Positions 30,492 through 40,793 of a DNA stretch of 64,000 nucleotides are shown in pieces. How positions within the stretch are numbered: the stretch's first letter is position 1; each line of letters starts with the position of its first letter. Under the pieces are notes generated by a model, which made no database searches, was not told the origin of the DNA, and was given only the letters and a program-made list of their open reading frames with translations. The position numbers and the translations under genes are program-made. Location of the stretch: positions 62,001 through 126,000 of the IMG/VR virus record IMGVR_UViG_3300027541_000009; one strand, given 5' to 3'.

Positions 30492-31475
30492 ATGGATATT
30501 ACTGTAGATCAGGTTTACGATGAATTAATAAAAAAACCAGAGTATTCCTCAAATATAGTAAAAGAGGCTAATAAAATCACTATATACTCAAATGATTCAA
30601 TAAAAAAATCAGAAGAAAGGAAAAATAAACTAAGAGGAATTAGAGATTATTTAAGAGAGAAATTTCCAGAATCTTCTAATCTTATAATTTACAATCCTAA
30701 AGGATCTGGTAGTACAATAGGAAGAACTGAGATAATAAATAGTGGATCTCGGGATATAGTAGTACTTTTAAAACCAGTACTAGAACCAATTATTCTAAAA
30801 AATTGGCTTTTAAATGAAGAAATGTTTGCTGACATATCTAATGAATATAAAGATTATGCAGATGAAGATTCAAGTAAATATAAAATACTTATAAGTGATG
30901 GTAGAAAAAGTATCATTATAGATGATGTTAAAAGTGTTACTAGAGTTGGGGGATTGAATAAAAAGTCGGATATAAAAATAACTAAGACAATAGGAAAAGA
31001 ATATAACATATCCTTAAAAATGTCTCAGTTTCCAGCTTGGCAAGGATATGCAAATAGTAGTCCATCTGCAGTAGAGACTGCAAAAAAAATAATAAGCAAT
31101 TTAGTAAATCCTACTGCTTCATTTGGTAAAGGTTCTGGTGGAGTTTCTGTTATCTCTACTTTATCTGAAGTTAAAGAATTTTGTTTTGGTGGAGATGGGT
31201 CAAATAGAGTAGATTATATTATTAGTGCAGATTTTACATCAAAATCACCTAAATCTTCATTTAAATATAATCAAGATACTAAAACTCTTACTATAATAGT
31301 GAATAAAATATATTCTAGAACTCCTATTGATTATGAAGAAGTTAGAAAAAATTGTTATTTGTTAATCTCTAAAGTTTCCAATGCTAGCATTACAATAGGA
31401 AATCAATATAGAGGATATCAAATATCATTTGTTCCAGAAAGTAGAGTTAGAAACACCATTCCAGGAAAAAGATAA
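30492..31475 (+). CDS. Hypothetical protein, possibly a PD-(D/E)XK nuclease
   Basis: KKSDIKI...YNISLK motif pattern. Confidence 0.5.
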   Translation: MDITVDQVYDELIKKPEYSSNIVKEANKITIYSNDSIKKSEERKNKLRGIRDYLREKFPESSNLIIYNPKGSGSTIGRTEIINSGSRDIVVLLKPVLEPIILKNWLLNEEMFADISNEYKDYADEDSSKYKILISDGRKSIIIDDVKSVTRVGGLNKKSDIKITKTIGKEYNISLKMSQFPAWQGYANSSPSAVETAKKIISNLVNPTASFGKGSGGVSVISTLSEVKEFCFGGDGSNRVDYIISADFTSKSPKSSFKYNQDTKTLTIIVNKIYSRTPIDYEEVRKNCYLLISKVSNASITIGNQYRGYQISFVPESRVRNTIPGKR

Positions 31476-31494
31476 ATAATTAAAAAACTAATCA

Positions 31495-32694
31495 ATGAAG
31501 TCCTTTCGTCAGTTTATATCAGAAGCTTTAGAAACTGTAGCATCATCTCAAGCCAAGCAAATGGGTTTGAGGGGGAATGGTCATGGAGATTGGTACGACA
31601 ATCAAGGAAATTTAGTAGCAAAAACTGTTGGTGGAAAATTAAAAGTATTTAAAGGGAGAGGTGGAAAGGGACCTAGAGATGAATCTCAACCTCAAACTAA
31701 ACAAAAGATATCAGTAACTGATAAAGTTTCTCAACAACAATCTGATGCACAACAGCAACAGTCGGACGGATCCGATGGAATCGTTGTAGTATTTGGAAGA
31801 TTTAATCCACCATCTAGGAATCATGAGCAACTTTTAAAATTTGGATTTGCTAGATCTAAAGAATCTGGATATGACTATAGAATTTACCCAAGTCGTATTC
31901 AAGATGCTGGAACTAATCCATTGAATCCTTCTTTGAAGGTTCAATTTATGCAGATCATGTATCCAGAGTATGCAGATTATATTTTAGATAGTGAAGACTC
32001 TAAGACAATTTTTGATGTACTTGAATCTTTGTATGGAGATGGATATAAGAATGTTAAAATTGTAGTTGGATCAGATAGACTTGGAGAATTTCAAAGTCTT
32101 GCTCATAGGAATGATGGTCAGAATTATACTTTCGATAATATAGAAGTATTATCTGCATCTGTTAGAGATCCTGATAGTGATACTGCAGGTTCTGGATCTT
32201 CTGTAGCATTGAGAACTGCTGCTGCTGAAGGAAATTATGAAGCATTTGCTTCTAATCTTCCACCTAAAATGAAAACTGCAGATAAGCAGCAATTATTTGA
32301 TTCTGTAGTTAAATCGATGAAAATTGGTGAGGATTTAGAATTGTGGAAGATTGCCCCCGAACTTGATATGGAAAGTTTGCGTATAAATTATAAAAAAAAT
32401 AATTTATACCCTGTAGGTTCTATGGTTGAAAATTTAAATACCGGATTATCAGGAAGAGTTTTAAGAAGAGGTACAAATTACCTTATCTGTGTTACAGAAA
32501 GTGGGGTAATGTTTAAATCTTGGTTGCAAAATGTAAGAGAATCTACTTATGAGGTAGGGACAGATAAGTATAGGGAAAAACTTCAAAGCATGGTACATGG
32601 TCAACCTATAAAATCTTTTACTAAAATTCCCATTAAAGAAACTGTACCTAAAAACCTAAATAAACTTAGGAAAGATTTGCAAAAAGTAAAATGA
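31495..32694 (+). CDS. Cytidylyltransferase-like (HUP-fold) nucleotidyltransferase with a capsid-targeting-like N-terminus
   Basis: VVFGRFNPPSRNH, IVVGSDR and SSVALR motifs; N-terminus MKSFRQFISE. Confidence 0.8.
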   Translation: MKSFRQFISEALETVASSQAKQMGLRGNGHGDWYDNQGNLVAKTVGGKLKVFKGRGGKGPRDESQPQTKQKISVTDKVSQQQSDAQQQQSDGSDGIVVVFGRFNPPSRNHEQLLKFGFARSKESGYDYRIYPSRIQDAGTNPLNPSLKVQFMQIMYPEYADYILDSEDSKTIFDVLESLYGDGYKNVKIVVGSDRLGEFQSLAHRNDGQNYTFDNIEVLSASVRDPDSDTAGSGSSVALRTAAAEGNYEAFASNLPPKMKTADKQQLFDSVVKSMKIGEDLELWKIAPELDMESLRINYKKNNLYPVGSMVENLNTGLSGRVLRRGTNYLICVTESGVMFKSWLQNVRESTYEVGTDKYREKLQSMVHGQPIKSFTKIPIKETVPKNLNKLRKDLQKVK

Positions 32695-34163
32695 GTTCTG
32701 AGGAAAGAATTTTTTTAGAGGCTACGGCTGCTGAAATTAAAAGAGCTGGTGAGAAGGAACTTAAAAAAACTCAAAAGGAAAATAAAAAGGAAAAAAAGGA
32801 TTCCGAGTGGTATAGGAAGCAGCTCGAGGCAAATCTCGCATATAAGAGAGAAAGATTAGAGTGGCAAAAGGAAAGGTCATTATTAAAGGATAAATTAAGA
32901 AGAAAAAGAGAAACTGAAAAGGGTGCTGAAAGTGTAAAGGAACCACTTCGTAAAATTAAAACTGAAGTAATTAGTGATAAAGATAAAGATCCAACTGCTT
33001 ATCAAAAAGCAATGGGAAGTGCAGCATCTTTAGCAAAAGGACTTGCTACTGCGGGAGTTGCTGCAGTTAAAAGGAGAGCAGAAAAGAAAAAACAAGAATC
33101 TGAAGGACTTAAAAAACCTAAAGTTGGAACTAGAGAACCTAAACCATATTCGATTGCATATAAGTCTGCTAAGAAAAAAAAGAAATTGGAACCTCAAAAA
33201 TTGTCCGGAACTCCAGAGAGAGAAAAACTCCCTGCAGGTAAAGCACCAATTGCAAGAAGACTGCCTGCAGGTCAAGGTCCTAGTAAACCATCAGGTACAC
33301 TTGGACAAAGAGCTAGAAAAAATCCAGAACTTAAAAAAAAGTTAATCGCACAAAGATCTGTTGGAGAAGAATTTTCTTGTTGGAGAGAAGAATTTTTATA
33401 TGAACTAGGGGAACTTAGAAAAAATAAAAAAAATAAGAAAATGAAAAATGGTGATGAAGAAAAAATTATTGATGTAATGAGTGGTAAAAATAAAATTGTA
33501 ATTGGTCCAAAAATTGATGAGCAATTAGATATTGTAGAAGCAAGAAAAAGAGAGAAAATTGCTAATGCAGTTCTTTTAGCAACTATGGCAGCAACTGCGG
33601 GACAATCTCCCAAAGATTTTGTAAGAACTGGTCATATTGAGTCACCTGGAACTGCTCTTATGCAAACATGGGCAAGAAAAAGAGGTGAGGCAGAAAGAAA
33701 TTTAGATAGTGGTAGAGTTTCTCACCCCTCTAGAAACATTAAGAAAAAAAAAGTTACCGAAGAATGTGATTGTGAAAAAGATCCAAAAAAAGAATTAGTA
33801 AAAGCAATAGTCTCAAAAGCTATGAGTGAAAAGAAAAGAAAAAATTATTTGTTGAATTCTGGAATTATTGGGGAAAAGATGGAAATCTCAGAAGCAAAAA
33901 AGTCTGAGATGAAATGTAATAAACCAAGAGCAGAAGCACATGGTTCTGGTGAAACTGGAAAATCTCATGTCGTAAAGGCTTGTGAAGGTGGAACTGAAAA
34001 ATTAATTCGTTTTGGGCAACTTGGAGTCAAAGGTTCTCCAAAGAGAAAAGGTGAATCTAAAGAATATGCAAGTCGTCGTAATCGATTTAAAACAAGACAT
34101 GCAAAAAATATTGCAAAAGGAAAAATGTCTGCGGCTTATTGGGCAAATAAAGTTAAATGGTAA
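32691..34163 (+). CDS. Large Lys/Glu-rich modular hypothetical protein
   Basis: 490 aa; basic modules separated by xxE junctions; C-terminal KSHVVKAC...LIRFGQ...RFKTRH...SAAYWANKVKW domain. Confidence 0.75.
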   Translation: MSSEERIFLEATAAEIKRAGEKELKKTQKENKKEKKDSEWYRKQLEANLAYKRERLEWQKERSLLKDKLRRKRETEKGAESVKEPLRKIKTEVISDKDKDPTAYQKAMGSAASLAKGLATAGVAAVKRRAEKKKQESEGLKKPKVGTREPKPYSIAYKSAKKKKKLEPQKLSGTPEREKLPAGKAPIARRLPAGQGPSKPSGTLGQRARKNPELKKKLIAQRSVGEEFSCWREEFLYELGELRKNKKNKKMKNGDEEKIIDVMSGKNKIVIGPKIDEQLDIVEARKREKIANAVLLATMAATAGQSPKDFVRTGHIESPGTALMQTWARKRGEAERNLDSGRVSHPSRNIKKKKVTEECDCEKDPKKELVKAIVSKAMSEKKRKNYLLNSGIIGEKMEISEAKKSEMKCNKPRAEAHGSGETGKSHVVKACEGGTEKLIRFGQLGVKGSPKRKGESKEYASRRNRFKTRHAKNIAKGKMSAAYWANKVKW

Positions 34164-34210
34164 AGCATTAATTTTAGATAAATATTTTTATCCATAACAC
34201 GGAGAGCATC

Positions 34211-34381
34211 ATGGGAGCACTTGTAGAACTAGTAAAACCAATTTTATTTGCTGCAATTAATAGTTGCACCACAAAAAAACTTGTGTGTGATTTACTTGAT
34301 CGTTATGCAAAATCAACCGATAATGATGTAGACAATCTAATCGCAGCAACTGTTAGAACAGCACTATTAAAGAATTGCTGA
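34211..34381 (+). CDS. 56 aa hypothetical protein (MGALVELVKPILFAA...), absent from the ORF track
   Basis: GGAGAG RBS; followed by a terminator. Confidence 0.65.
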   Translation: MGALVELVKPILFAAINSCTTKKLVCDLLDRYAKSTDNDVDNLIAATVRTALLKNC

Positions 34382-34400
34382 TACTAAATTAAATAAGTTT

Positions 34401-34429
34401 TGGAGACCTTTCTAGGGTCTCCATTTTTT
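34401..34429 (+). terminator. Intrinsic terminator
   Basis: TGGAGACC/GGTCTCCA stem followed by T6. Confidence 0.8.
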
Positions 34430-34436
34430 ATAAATA
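34429..34436 (+). promoter_or_regulatory. T4-type late promoter
   Basis: Exact TATAAATA upstream of the Ig-domain gene. Confidence 0.8.
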
Positions 34437-34466
34437 CTCTTAGAAAAAACTTACGGGAATAAACAA

Positions 34467-35261
34467 ATGGCACTTTGGGGTAATAAAGACGATGTATTCT
34501 CTCCTGGCTCAGTATCAGTAAATTATGCAACTAAAGTAATTACTGGATCTGGAACTTCTTTCCTTGCAGCTTCTGTTGGTGATGTGATTAGTATTGGTGC
34601 AGGTAAAACTTTTGGTGAAGCAATCATTGATAAAATTAATTCACAGACTTCTATTTCTATTGCTACTACCCAATTTTTAAGTGGTGCTGCCATTTCTGGT
34701 GTAAGTGACTATGTAATTTCACAAAAACCAAAATACACTCAGCATGATACACATTTCACTGCAAACCAAATTTTTGGTGTAGATGAGAGTGAGATTGCAG
34801 TAAATACTTATCTTACTCATGCAGGATGGGTTGGAATTATTACTTATGTAGATAGTAGTGGTGAACTGAGAACAAAGACTGAAACTTTAGTCGCAATGTC
34901 TGGAATTACAACAGGCACAACAACATACGCTACTGCAGGTGATGCGGCAGATGATGCTAAACTTCCAGATGTAGATATCACTATCACTTCTCAACCTGCT
35001 TCTGTTGGAGTAGGAACCACTCAAACAGCAACATTTAGTGTTGCTGCAACTGTAGTTCCTTCAACTGCACCTCTATCTTACCAGTGGAGGAAGTCTACAA
35101 CTGCAGGTGGATCGACTTATGCTGACATTGCTGGAGCAACTAACTCCAGTGTAAACATTACTAATAATGGAACTGCAAATAACGGATATCGTTATCGTGT
35201 CGTTATTACTAGTGGTGATGTTTCAGTAACGTCTTCATTTGCTACATTAACTGTTTCATGA
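34467..35261 (+). CDS. Virion structural protein with a C-terminal Ig-like domain
   Basis: ITITSQP...ATFSV...LSYQWRK...GYRYRVVI...ATLTV Ig-like pattern; late promoter. Confidence 0.75.
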   Translation: MALWGNKDDVFSPGSVSVNYATKVITGSGTSFLAASVGDVISIGAGKTFGEAIIDKINSQTSISIATTQFLSGAAISGVSDYVISQKPKYTQHDTHFTANQIFGVDESEIAVNTYLTHAGWVGIITYVDSSGELRTKTETLVAMSGITTGTTTYATAGDAADDAKLPDVDITITSQPASVGVGTTQTATFSVAATVVPSTAPLSYQWRKSTTAGGSTYADIAGATNSSVNITNNGTANNGYRYRVVITSGDVSVTSSFATLTVS

Positions 35262-35270
35262 TAATTTAGT

Positions 35271-35642
35271 ATGAGATTTAATGAGTTGAATGAAGAGAAC
35301 TATGTTTTATTTGCAATTAAACATTATGAAAATCCTCAAGCAGTAACAAAAGAGGATTTTTACGATGACCTTAAACGGTTTAAATGGATAAAACGGTTAC
35401 TTAGAAAATATAAATCAAGTGGTGAATTGAACACTCATCTGTTAATTAACCACTTTTTGATTTTATATAATGTTTTTGGTGAAGCTACTACTCCTTTATT
35501 GTTTTATAAAATTGATTCTGAATATTGGAGTTTGATAAAAACTATAATCATGTATCTGGGAAGATTTCCAAATTATCCAAAAACTGAATTGCACGATATA
35601 CCAATTGATACTAGCTGTTTAAATCAACTCAATGATCTCTAA
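35271..35642 (+). CDS. Conserved T4-like hypothetical protein
   Basis: FAIKHYENPQ...FYDDLKRFKWIKRLL...LLINHFLILYNVFG. Confidence 0.8.
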   Translation: MRFNELNEENYVLFAIKHYENPQAVTKEDFYDDLKRFKWIKRLLRKYKSSGELNTHLLINHFLILYNVFGEATTPLLFYKIDSEYWSLIKTIIMYLGRFPNYPKTELHDIPIDTSCLNQLNDL

Positions 35643-35878
35643 TGAAAGACAGAACTTTTAATTATATAAGAAAAATCATTCATGATATGTTAGAAGAGGA
35701 TGTCTCTGCGATTTCTGCACCGACAAATAGTTTATCTAGTGGAAAGATTGCAGGAACTCCTGAAGCAGGTGATTTACCCCCCGTTGATCTTCGTAAAAAG
35801 AAATATAAAAAATTACCATTCTTTTATAAAGACATGTTTAGGAGGAAAACGAGTGTTCAATCAAAACGCACCATTTGA
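35642..35878 (+). CDS. Small basic hypothetical protein
   Basis: Acidic leader (MLEE), then APTNS...GKIAG and a Lys-rich tail. Confidence 0.65.
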   Translation: MKDRTFNYIRKIIHDMLEEDVSAISAPTNSLSSGKIAGTPEAGDLPPVDLRKKKYKKLPFFYKDMFRRKTSVQSKRTI

Positions 35879-36299
35879 TACTAGAGTGGCAGTACTTGAA
35901 GAAAAATTCAGTGTGTATGAGCAAATGATGAATAAGTTAGAAGCTGCAATAAGAACAATTAGTGAAACTAGTCAAGGCATTTCAAAAATGTTGGCTATAC
36001 ATGATGAAAGATTGGAAAATACAATAAGATCGGATACATTGATTTTACAAAAAATTACTGAGGTAGATGCTAGAAATGCCATAGAGCATGAAAAAGTAAT
36101 TACAAGAATGAATGAATTGGAAGATAAAGTCGATGAAATAAGTAAAATTAAATGGATGACTATTGGAACTGGAGTAGTTCTTGCAGTATTAGCAACAGCA
36201 TTTTCAACTCTTGCTTCTGGTTGGTGGACTCCTCCTGAAATGCAAATGTTAAAAGATGGACATATGCATCAGCAAAACGTACCTCCAGATAAGAATTGA
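35853..36299 (+). CDS. Coiled-coil protein with a C-terminal transmembrane helix
   Basis: GGAGG RBS before GTG 35853; hydrophobic MTIGTGVVLAVLATAFSTLASGWW. Confidence 0.7.
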   Translation: MFNQNAPFDTRVAVLEEKFSVYEQMMNKLEAAIRTISETSQGISKMLAIHDERLENTIRSDTLILQKITEVDARNAIEHEKVITRMNELEDKVDEISKIKWMTIGTGVVLAVLATAFSTLASGWWTPPEMQMLKDGHMHQQNVPPDKN

Positions 36300-36324
36300 C
36301 AAAAACTTGATCTTTCAGTAGAGT
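36296..36324 (+). promoter_or_regulatory. Possible sigma70-like promoter upstream of primase
   Basis: TTGACA-17 nt-TAGAGT. Confidence 0.4.
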
Positions 36325-36347
36325 GTGAGTCACAGACTTTTATATGA

Positions 36348-37343
36348 ATGGATTTAATTGATTTCAAGTATATTGATCTTGTATCTACCAGACTGCAAAA
36401 ATTTAAAAGAGTAAAAGATAGTCTTTATAATTTTCGTTGCTTTTACTGCGGGGATAGTAAAAGGACAAAAAATAAAGCAAGAGGATATTTGTATTCTATC
36501 AAGAATACCTTTAACTACAAGTGTCATAATTGTGGGAAATCTACATCGTTTGTTAATTTCCTAAAAGATGTAGATCCAAATATTCATGATCAATATATCA
36601 TTGATAGATTTAAAACAAATAAGAAAAAAGAACCAGTATTAAAGGTAGAAAAAAAATCATCTAAACCAGTATTTAAAAAAAAATATTTTGATCTTCCTCA
36701 ACTGTCTAAACTAAATAAAGAACACTTTGCACGACAATACGCAGAGAAAAGAGGAATTCCAGAAAAAAAATTGAGTGAACTTTATTTTTGTGAAAAATTT
36801 AAAGAATGGACCAACACACAAAAACCAACTTTTAAATCATTGGAATATGATGAACCTAGAATTATCATTCCTCTCATTTATAATGATGAAATTTTTGGAT
36901 TCCAAGGTAGAAGTTTATCTAAGAATTCAAAAGTAAAATACATAACAATTATTTTAGATGATTCTATACCTAAAATTTATGGTCTCGATGGAATAGATTG
37001 GTCAAAAAATGTTTATGTAGTGGAAGGACCTATTGATAGCATGTTTATCCCAAATGCTATTGCTATGGTCGGTGCAGATGTAAACATTTCTCAAATTCCA
37101 GATAGGAAAGATATTGATTACATTTTTGTGTATGATAATGAGAAACGGAATAAAGAAATAGTAGACAGAATGCAAAAAACTATTTCTCAAGGGCATTATA
37201 TTGTAATTTGGCCAAATGACTTGAAAGAAAAAGACATTAATGATATGATCTTAGCAGGACTTCCTGTTGAGGAAATTATAAAAGAAAACACTTTTATGGG
37301 ATTAGAAGCAAAAGCAAAACTTATCGGATGGAAAAGAGTATGA
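36348..37343 (+). CDS. gp61: DNA primase gp61
   Basis: CFYCGDS...CHNCG zinc finger, FQGRSL, VVEGPIDSMF and YDNE TOPRIM motifs. Confidence 0.95.
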   Translation: MDLIDFKYIDLVSTRLQKFKRVKDSLYNFRCFYCGDSKRTKNKARGYLYSIKNTFNYKCHNCGKSTSFVNFLKDVDPNIHDQYIIDRFKTNKKKEPVLKVEKKSSKPVFKKKYFDLPQLSKLNKEHFARQYAEKRGIPEKKLSELYFCEKFKEWTNTQKPTFKSLEYDEPRIIIPLIYNDEIFGFQGRSLSKNSKVKYITIILDDSIPKIYGLDGIDWSKNVYVVEGPIDSMFIPNAIAMVGADVNISQIPDRKDIDYIFVYDNEKRNKEIVDRMQKTISQGHYIVIWPNDLKEKDINDMILAGLPVEEIIKENTFMGLEAKAKLIGWKRV

Positions 37344-39640
37344 GCAATGGAACTAAAGTACTGAAGAGAAAAGGTCACACTGAACCACTTGACCTGAATA
37401 AGATTCATACGATGGTTGAGGAGGCATGTAGAGACCTTTCAGGAGTTTCTGCATCTCAAGTAGAAATGCAATCTGGGATTCAATTTTATGATGGGATTTC
37501 TACACAAGAAATTCAAGAGATTCTGATCAAATCTGCGTCTGATTTAATTGATTTGGACAATCCAAATTATCAATTTGTTGCGGCAAGACTTTTGCTATTT
37601 TCTCTCAGAAAGTCACTTTACGGAAAAATTAAAGATCACCCCTCATTCTTTGATCACATTGTAAAGTGTGTGGGAGTTAATGTGTATGATACAGAGATTT
37701 TAGAAAAGTATACTGAAGATGAACTCAATAAACTTGGCAATTATATTGACCATGATAGAGATTATCTCTTCACCTATGCTGGATTGAGACAAGTTGTGGA
37801 TAAGTATCTAGTTCAGGACAGAAGTACTGGGAAAGTTTACGAGACACCACAATTTGCTTATATGATGATTTCGGCAACAATGTTTGCAAATTATCCTCAA
37901 AGTACTCGTCTTTCTTATGTTAGAAAGTATTATGATGCTATTTCAAAACACAAGATTAATATCCCAACTCCAATTATGGCAGGAGTAAGAACTCCTACTC
38001 GTCAATTTGCATCATGTACTCTGATTGATGTTGATGATACTCTGAATAGTATTATTGCATCTGATGGTGCAATGATGAAATACGTTGCAGGACGTGCTGG
38101 AATTGGTTTGAATATTGGTAGACTTCGTGCAATTAATAGTAAAATTCGTAATGGTGAAGTTGTTTCTACTGGAGTAATTCCATTCCTTAAAAAATTTGAA
38201 AGTTCATTAAAATCATGCCACCAAGGTGGTCTACGTCAAGGAAGTGCTACTGTTTATTTTCCAATTTGGCACAAAGAAATTGAAGAAGTTATTGTTTTAA
38301 AAAACAATAAAGGAACCGAAGATAATCGTGTACGTAGACTAGATTATAATATTCAATTATCTAAAATTTTCTATGAAAGATTCATTCAAAATAAGGAGAT
38401 TACATTATTTTCTCCGCATGATGTCCCTGGACTTTATGATTCTTTCGGAACAGATTTATTTGACGACCTCTATATTCAGTATGAAAAAGATTCGTCCATT
38501 CCGAAAAAAACTGTCAAGGCACAAGAACTCATTCTTGATCTCCTCAAAGAACGTGCTGAAACGGGTCGTATCTATTTGATGAACATTGATCATTGTAATT
38601 CTCATAGTTCTTTCAAGGATAAGGTTAATATGAGTAATCTTTGCTGTGAGATTACTCTTCCTACTAAACCAATTCAACATATTGATGATGAAGATGGTGA
38701 AATTGCATTGTGTATTCTTAAAGCACTAAATGTTGGAAAAATTAAATCTGATGAAGAACTGGAAGAGTTATGTGATCTTTGTGTCAGAACTCTTGATGAA
38801 TTGATTGAGTATCAAGAATATCCAATCAAGGCTGCAGAGATTGCTACAAAGGCACGTAGAACACTTGGAGTTGGTATTATTGGACTTGCTCACTATCTTG
38901 CTAAATTGGGATACAATTATGATCAACCTGAGGCATGGAGTGCAGTTCATGGTCTTTCTGAGAGTATTCAATACTATCTCCTGAAGGCATCAAATCAACT
39001 TGCTAAAGAAAAAGGTAAGTGTGATTATTTCCATAGAACTAAATATGCAGATGGAATTCTTCCAATTGATACTTATAAGAAAGATGTTGATGAGATTTGT
39101 AATGATCCACTTCAGCACGATTGGGAAGAACTTCGTCAGAATATTTTGACAGATGGACTAAGGCATTCTACTCTTACCTGTATCATGCCTTCTGAAAGTA
39201 GTTCAGTGACTTCAAATGCAACCAATGGAATTGAACCTCCTCGTGGATATCTTTCCATTAAAAAGTCTAAAAAAGGACCTATCAAACAAGTAGTTCCCCA
39301 ATATACTACTTTGAAAAGTCATTACACTTTGCTTTGGGACATGAAAAATAACAATGGTTATTTTAATATTGTTTCAGTAATTCAGAAGTTTTTTGATCAG
39401 GCAATTAGTGCTAATTGGAATTATAATCCAGAGCATTATCCAAACAATGAAGTGCCTATGAGTGTAATTGCTCAAGATTTTCTGAGGGCATATAAGTATG
39501 GTCATAAGACTGGTTACTATCAGAATACATATGATGGTAAGAGTGATGAACCTAAAGAAGATAATAATGAAATTCAAAATCTTATTGATGAAATTTTAAA
39601 CAGTGATGATGAAGAAGCTTGCGATAGTTGTACAATCTAA
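37340..39640 (+). CDS. nrdA: Class Ia ribonucleotide reductase alpha subunit
   Basis: ATP-cone, PTPIMAG, SCTL, SNLCCEI and C-terminal CDSC; start set at ATG 37340. Confidence 0.97.
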   Translation: MSNGTKVLKRKGHTEPLDLNKIHTMVEEACRDLSGVSASQVEMQSGIQFYDGISTQEIQEILIKSASDLIDLDNPNYQFVAARLLLFSLRKSLYGKIKDHPSFFDHIVKCVGVNVYDTEILEKYTEDELNKLGNYIDHDRDYLFTYAGLRQVVDKYLVQDRSTGKVYETPQFAYMMISATMFANYPQSTRLSYVRKYYDAISKHKINIPTPIMAGVRTPTRQFASCTLIDVDDTLNSIIASDGAMMKYVAGRAGIGLNIGRLRAINSKIRNGEVVSTGVIPFLKKFESSLKSCHQGGLRQGSATVYFPIWHKEIEEVIVLKNNKGTEDNRVRRLDYNIQLSKIFYERFIQNKEITLFSPHDVPGLYDSFGTDLFDDLYIQYEKDSSIPKKTVKAQELILDLLKERAETGRIYLMNIDHCNSHSSFKDKVNMSNLCCEITLPTKPIQHIDDEDGEIALCILKALNVGKIKSDEELEELCDLCVRTLDELIEYQEYPIKAAEIATKARRTLGVGIIGLAHYLAKLGYNYDQPEAWSAVHGLSESIQYYLLKASNQLAKEKGKCDYFHRTKYADGILPIDTYKKDVDEICNDPLQHDWEELRQNILTDGLRHSTLTCIMPSESSSVTSNATNGIEPPRGYLSIKKSKKGPIKQVVPQYTTLKSHYTLLWDMKNNNGYFNIVSVIQKFFDQAISANWNYNPEHYPNNEVPMSVIAQDFLRAYKYGHKTGYYQNTYDGKSDEPKEDNNEIQNLIDEILNSDDEEACDSCTI

Positions 39641-39650
39641 GGAGAATTAA

Positions 39651-40793
39651 ATGGTAGAAGGGATGACAGTCTTTAATACAAATCAAGTAGATACACTTAA
39701 ACAACCAATGTTTTTTGGTGCTCCTTTAGGAGTTCAAAGATATGATACTTATAAGTATCCTGAATTTGATAAACTCACTCAACAACAACTTGGATTCTTT
39801 TGGAGACCTGAGGAGGTTTCTTTACAAAAAGATCGTTCTGACTACCTTACACTTCGTCCAGAACAAAAGCATATCTTCACTTCCAATCTAAAGTATCAGA
39901 TCCTCCTTGATAGTGTTCAAGGTCGTGGACCTGGTATGGCATTTATCCCATACTGCTCTCTTCCTGAATTGGAGGCAGCAATGACAGTATGGGAATTTAT
40001 GGAGATGATTCACAGTAGGTCATATACCTATATAATTAAAAATGTATATGCAGATCCTTCAGTAGTATTTGATAAAATCATTACTGATGAAATGATCTTG
40101 GAAAGAGCATCCTCTGTGACATCATCATATGATGACTTTATCAATTCTGCTCAACAATATGGAACTTCCAACACTTGGAGGTTTGCAAATGAAGGGGTTG
40201 ATTTGGGTAAAACCGAAAGAATCGAATTAAAGAGGAAACTTTACCGTGCAATTGCCAATGTCAATATTCTCGAAGGTATCAGATTCTACGTCTCTTTTGC
40301 TTGCTCGTTTGCGTTTGGTGAACTCAAGCTTATGGAAGGATCCGCTAAAATTATCTCTTTCATCGCAAGAGATGAAAACCAACATCTTACACTTACTCAA
40401 AAAATTCTGACTAAGTGGGCTCAGGGTGATGATCCAGAAATGCAAGAAATTGCTAAAGAAGAAGAATCTTATGTCTATAAAATGTTTGAAAACACTGTAA
40501 ACGAAGAAAAACGTTGGGCAGAATATCTGTTCAAGGATGGATCGATGATAGGCCTCAATGATAAACTTCTTTGGATGTATGTGGAATGGATTGCTAATCG
40601 TCGCATGAAATCAATTGGACTAAAACCAATGTTTGATATTCCAGCTAAAACCAATCCACTCCCTTGGACTGAACATTGGTTGAATAGCAAAAATATGCAA
40701 GAAGCTCCAATGGAAACTGAAAAAGAAAGTTATTTGGTAGGGGCAATTAAACAAGATATTGAAACTAATGCCTTTGCGGGATTTAGTTTGTGA
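39651..40793 (+). CDS. nrdB: Class Ia ribonucleotide reductase beta subunit
   Basis: FWRPEEV, LDSVQGRGP, EMIHSRSY, LEGIRFYVSFAC and ARDENQH. Confidence 0.97.
   Translation: MVEGMTVFNTNQVDTLKQPMFFGAPLGVQRYDTYKYPEFDKLTQQQLGFFWRPEEVSLQKDRSDYLTLRPEQKHIFTSNLKYQILLDSVQGRGPGMAFIPYCSLPELEAAMTVWEFMEMIHSRSYTYIIKNVYADPSVVFDKIITDEMILERASSVTSSYDDFINSAQQYGTSNTWRFANEGVDLGKTERIELKRKLYRAIANVNILEGIRFYVSFACSFAFGELKLMEGSAKIISFIARDENQHLTLTQKILTKWAQGDDPEMQEIAKEEESYVYKMFENTVNEEKRWAEYLFKDGSMIGLNDKLLWMYVEWIANRRMKSIGLKPMFDIPAKTNPLPWTEHWLNSKNMQEAPMETEKESYLVGAIKQDIETNAFAGFSL

Noticed and set aside
2539-40793. Inteins or group I introns in gp17, gp43, gp41, nrdA or nrdB
   Set aside because: All are continuous ORFs of ordinary length, with no intein motifs or interruptions visible.
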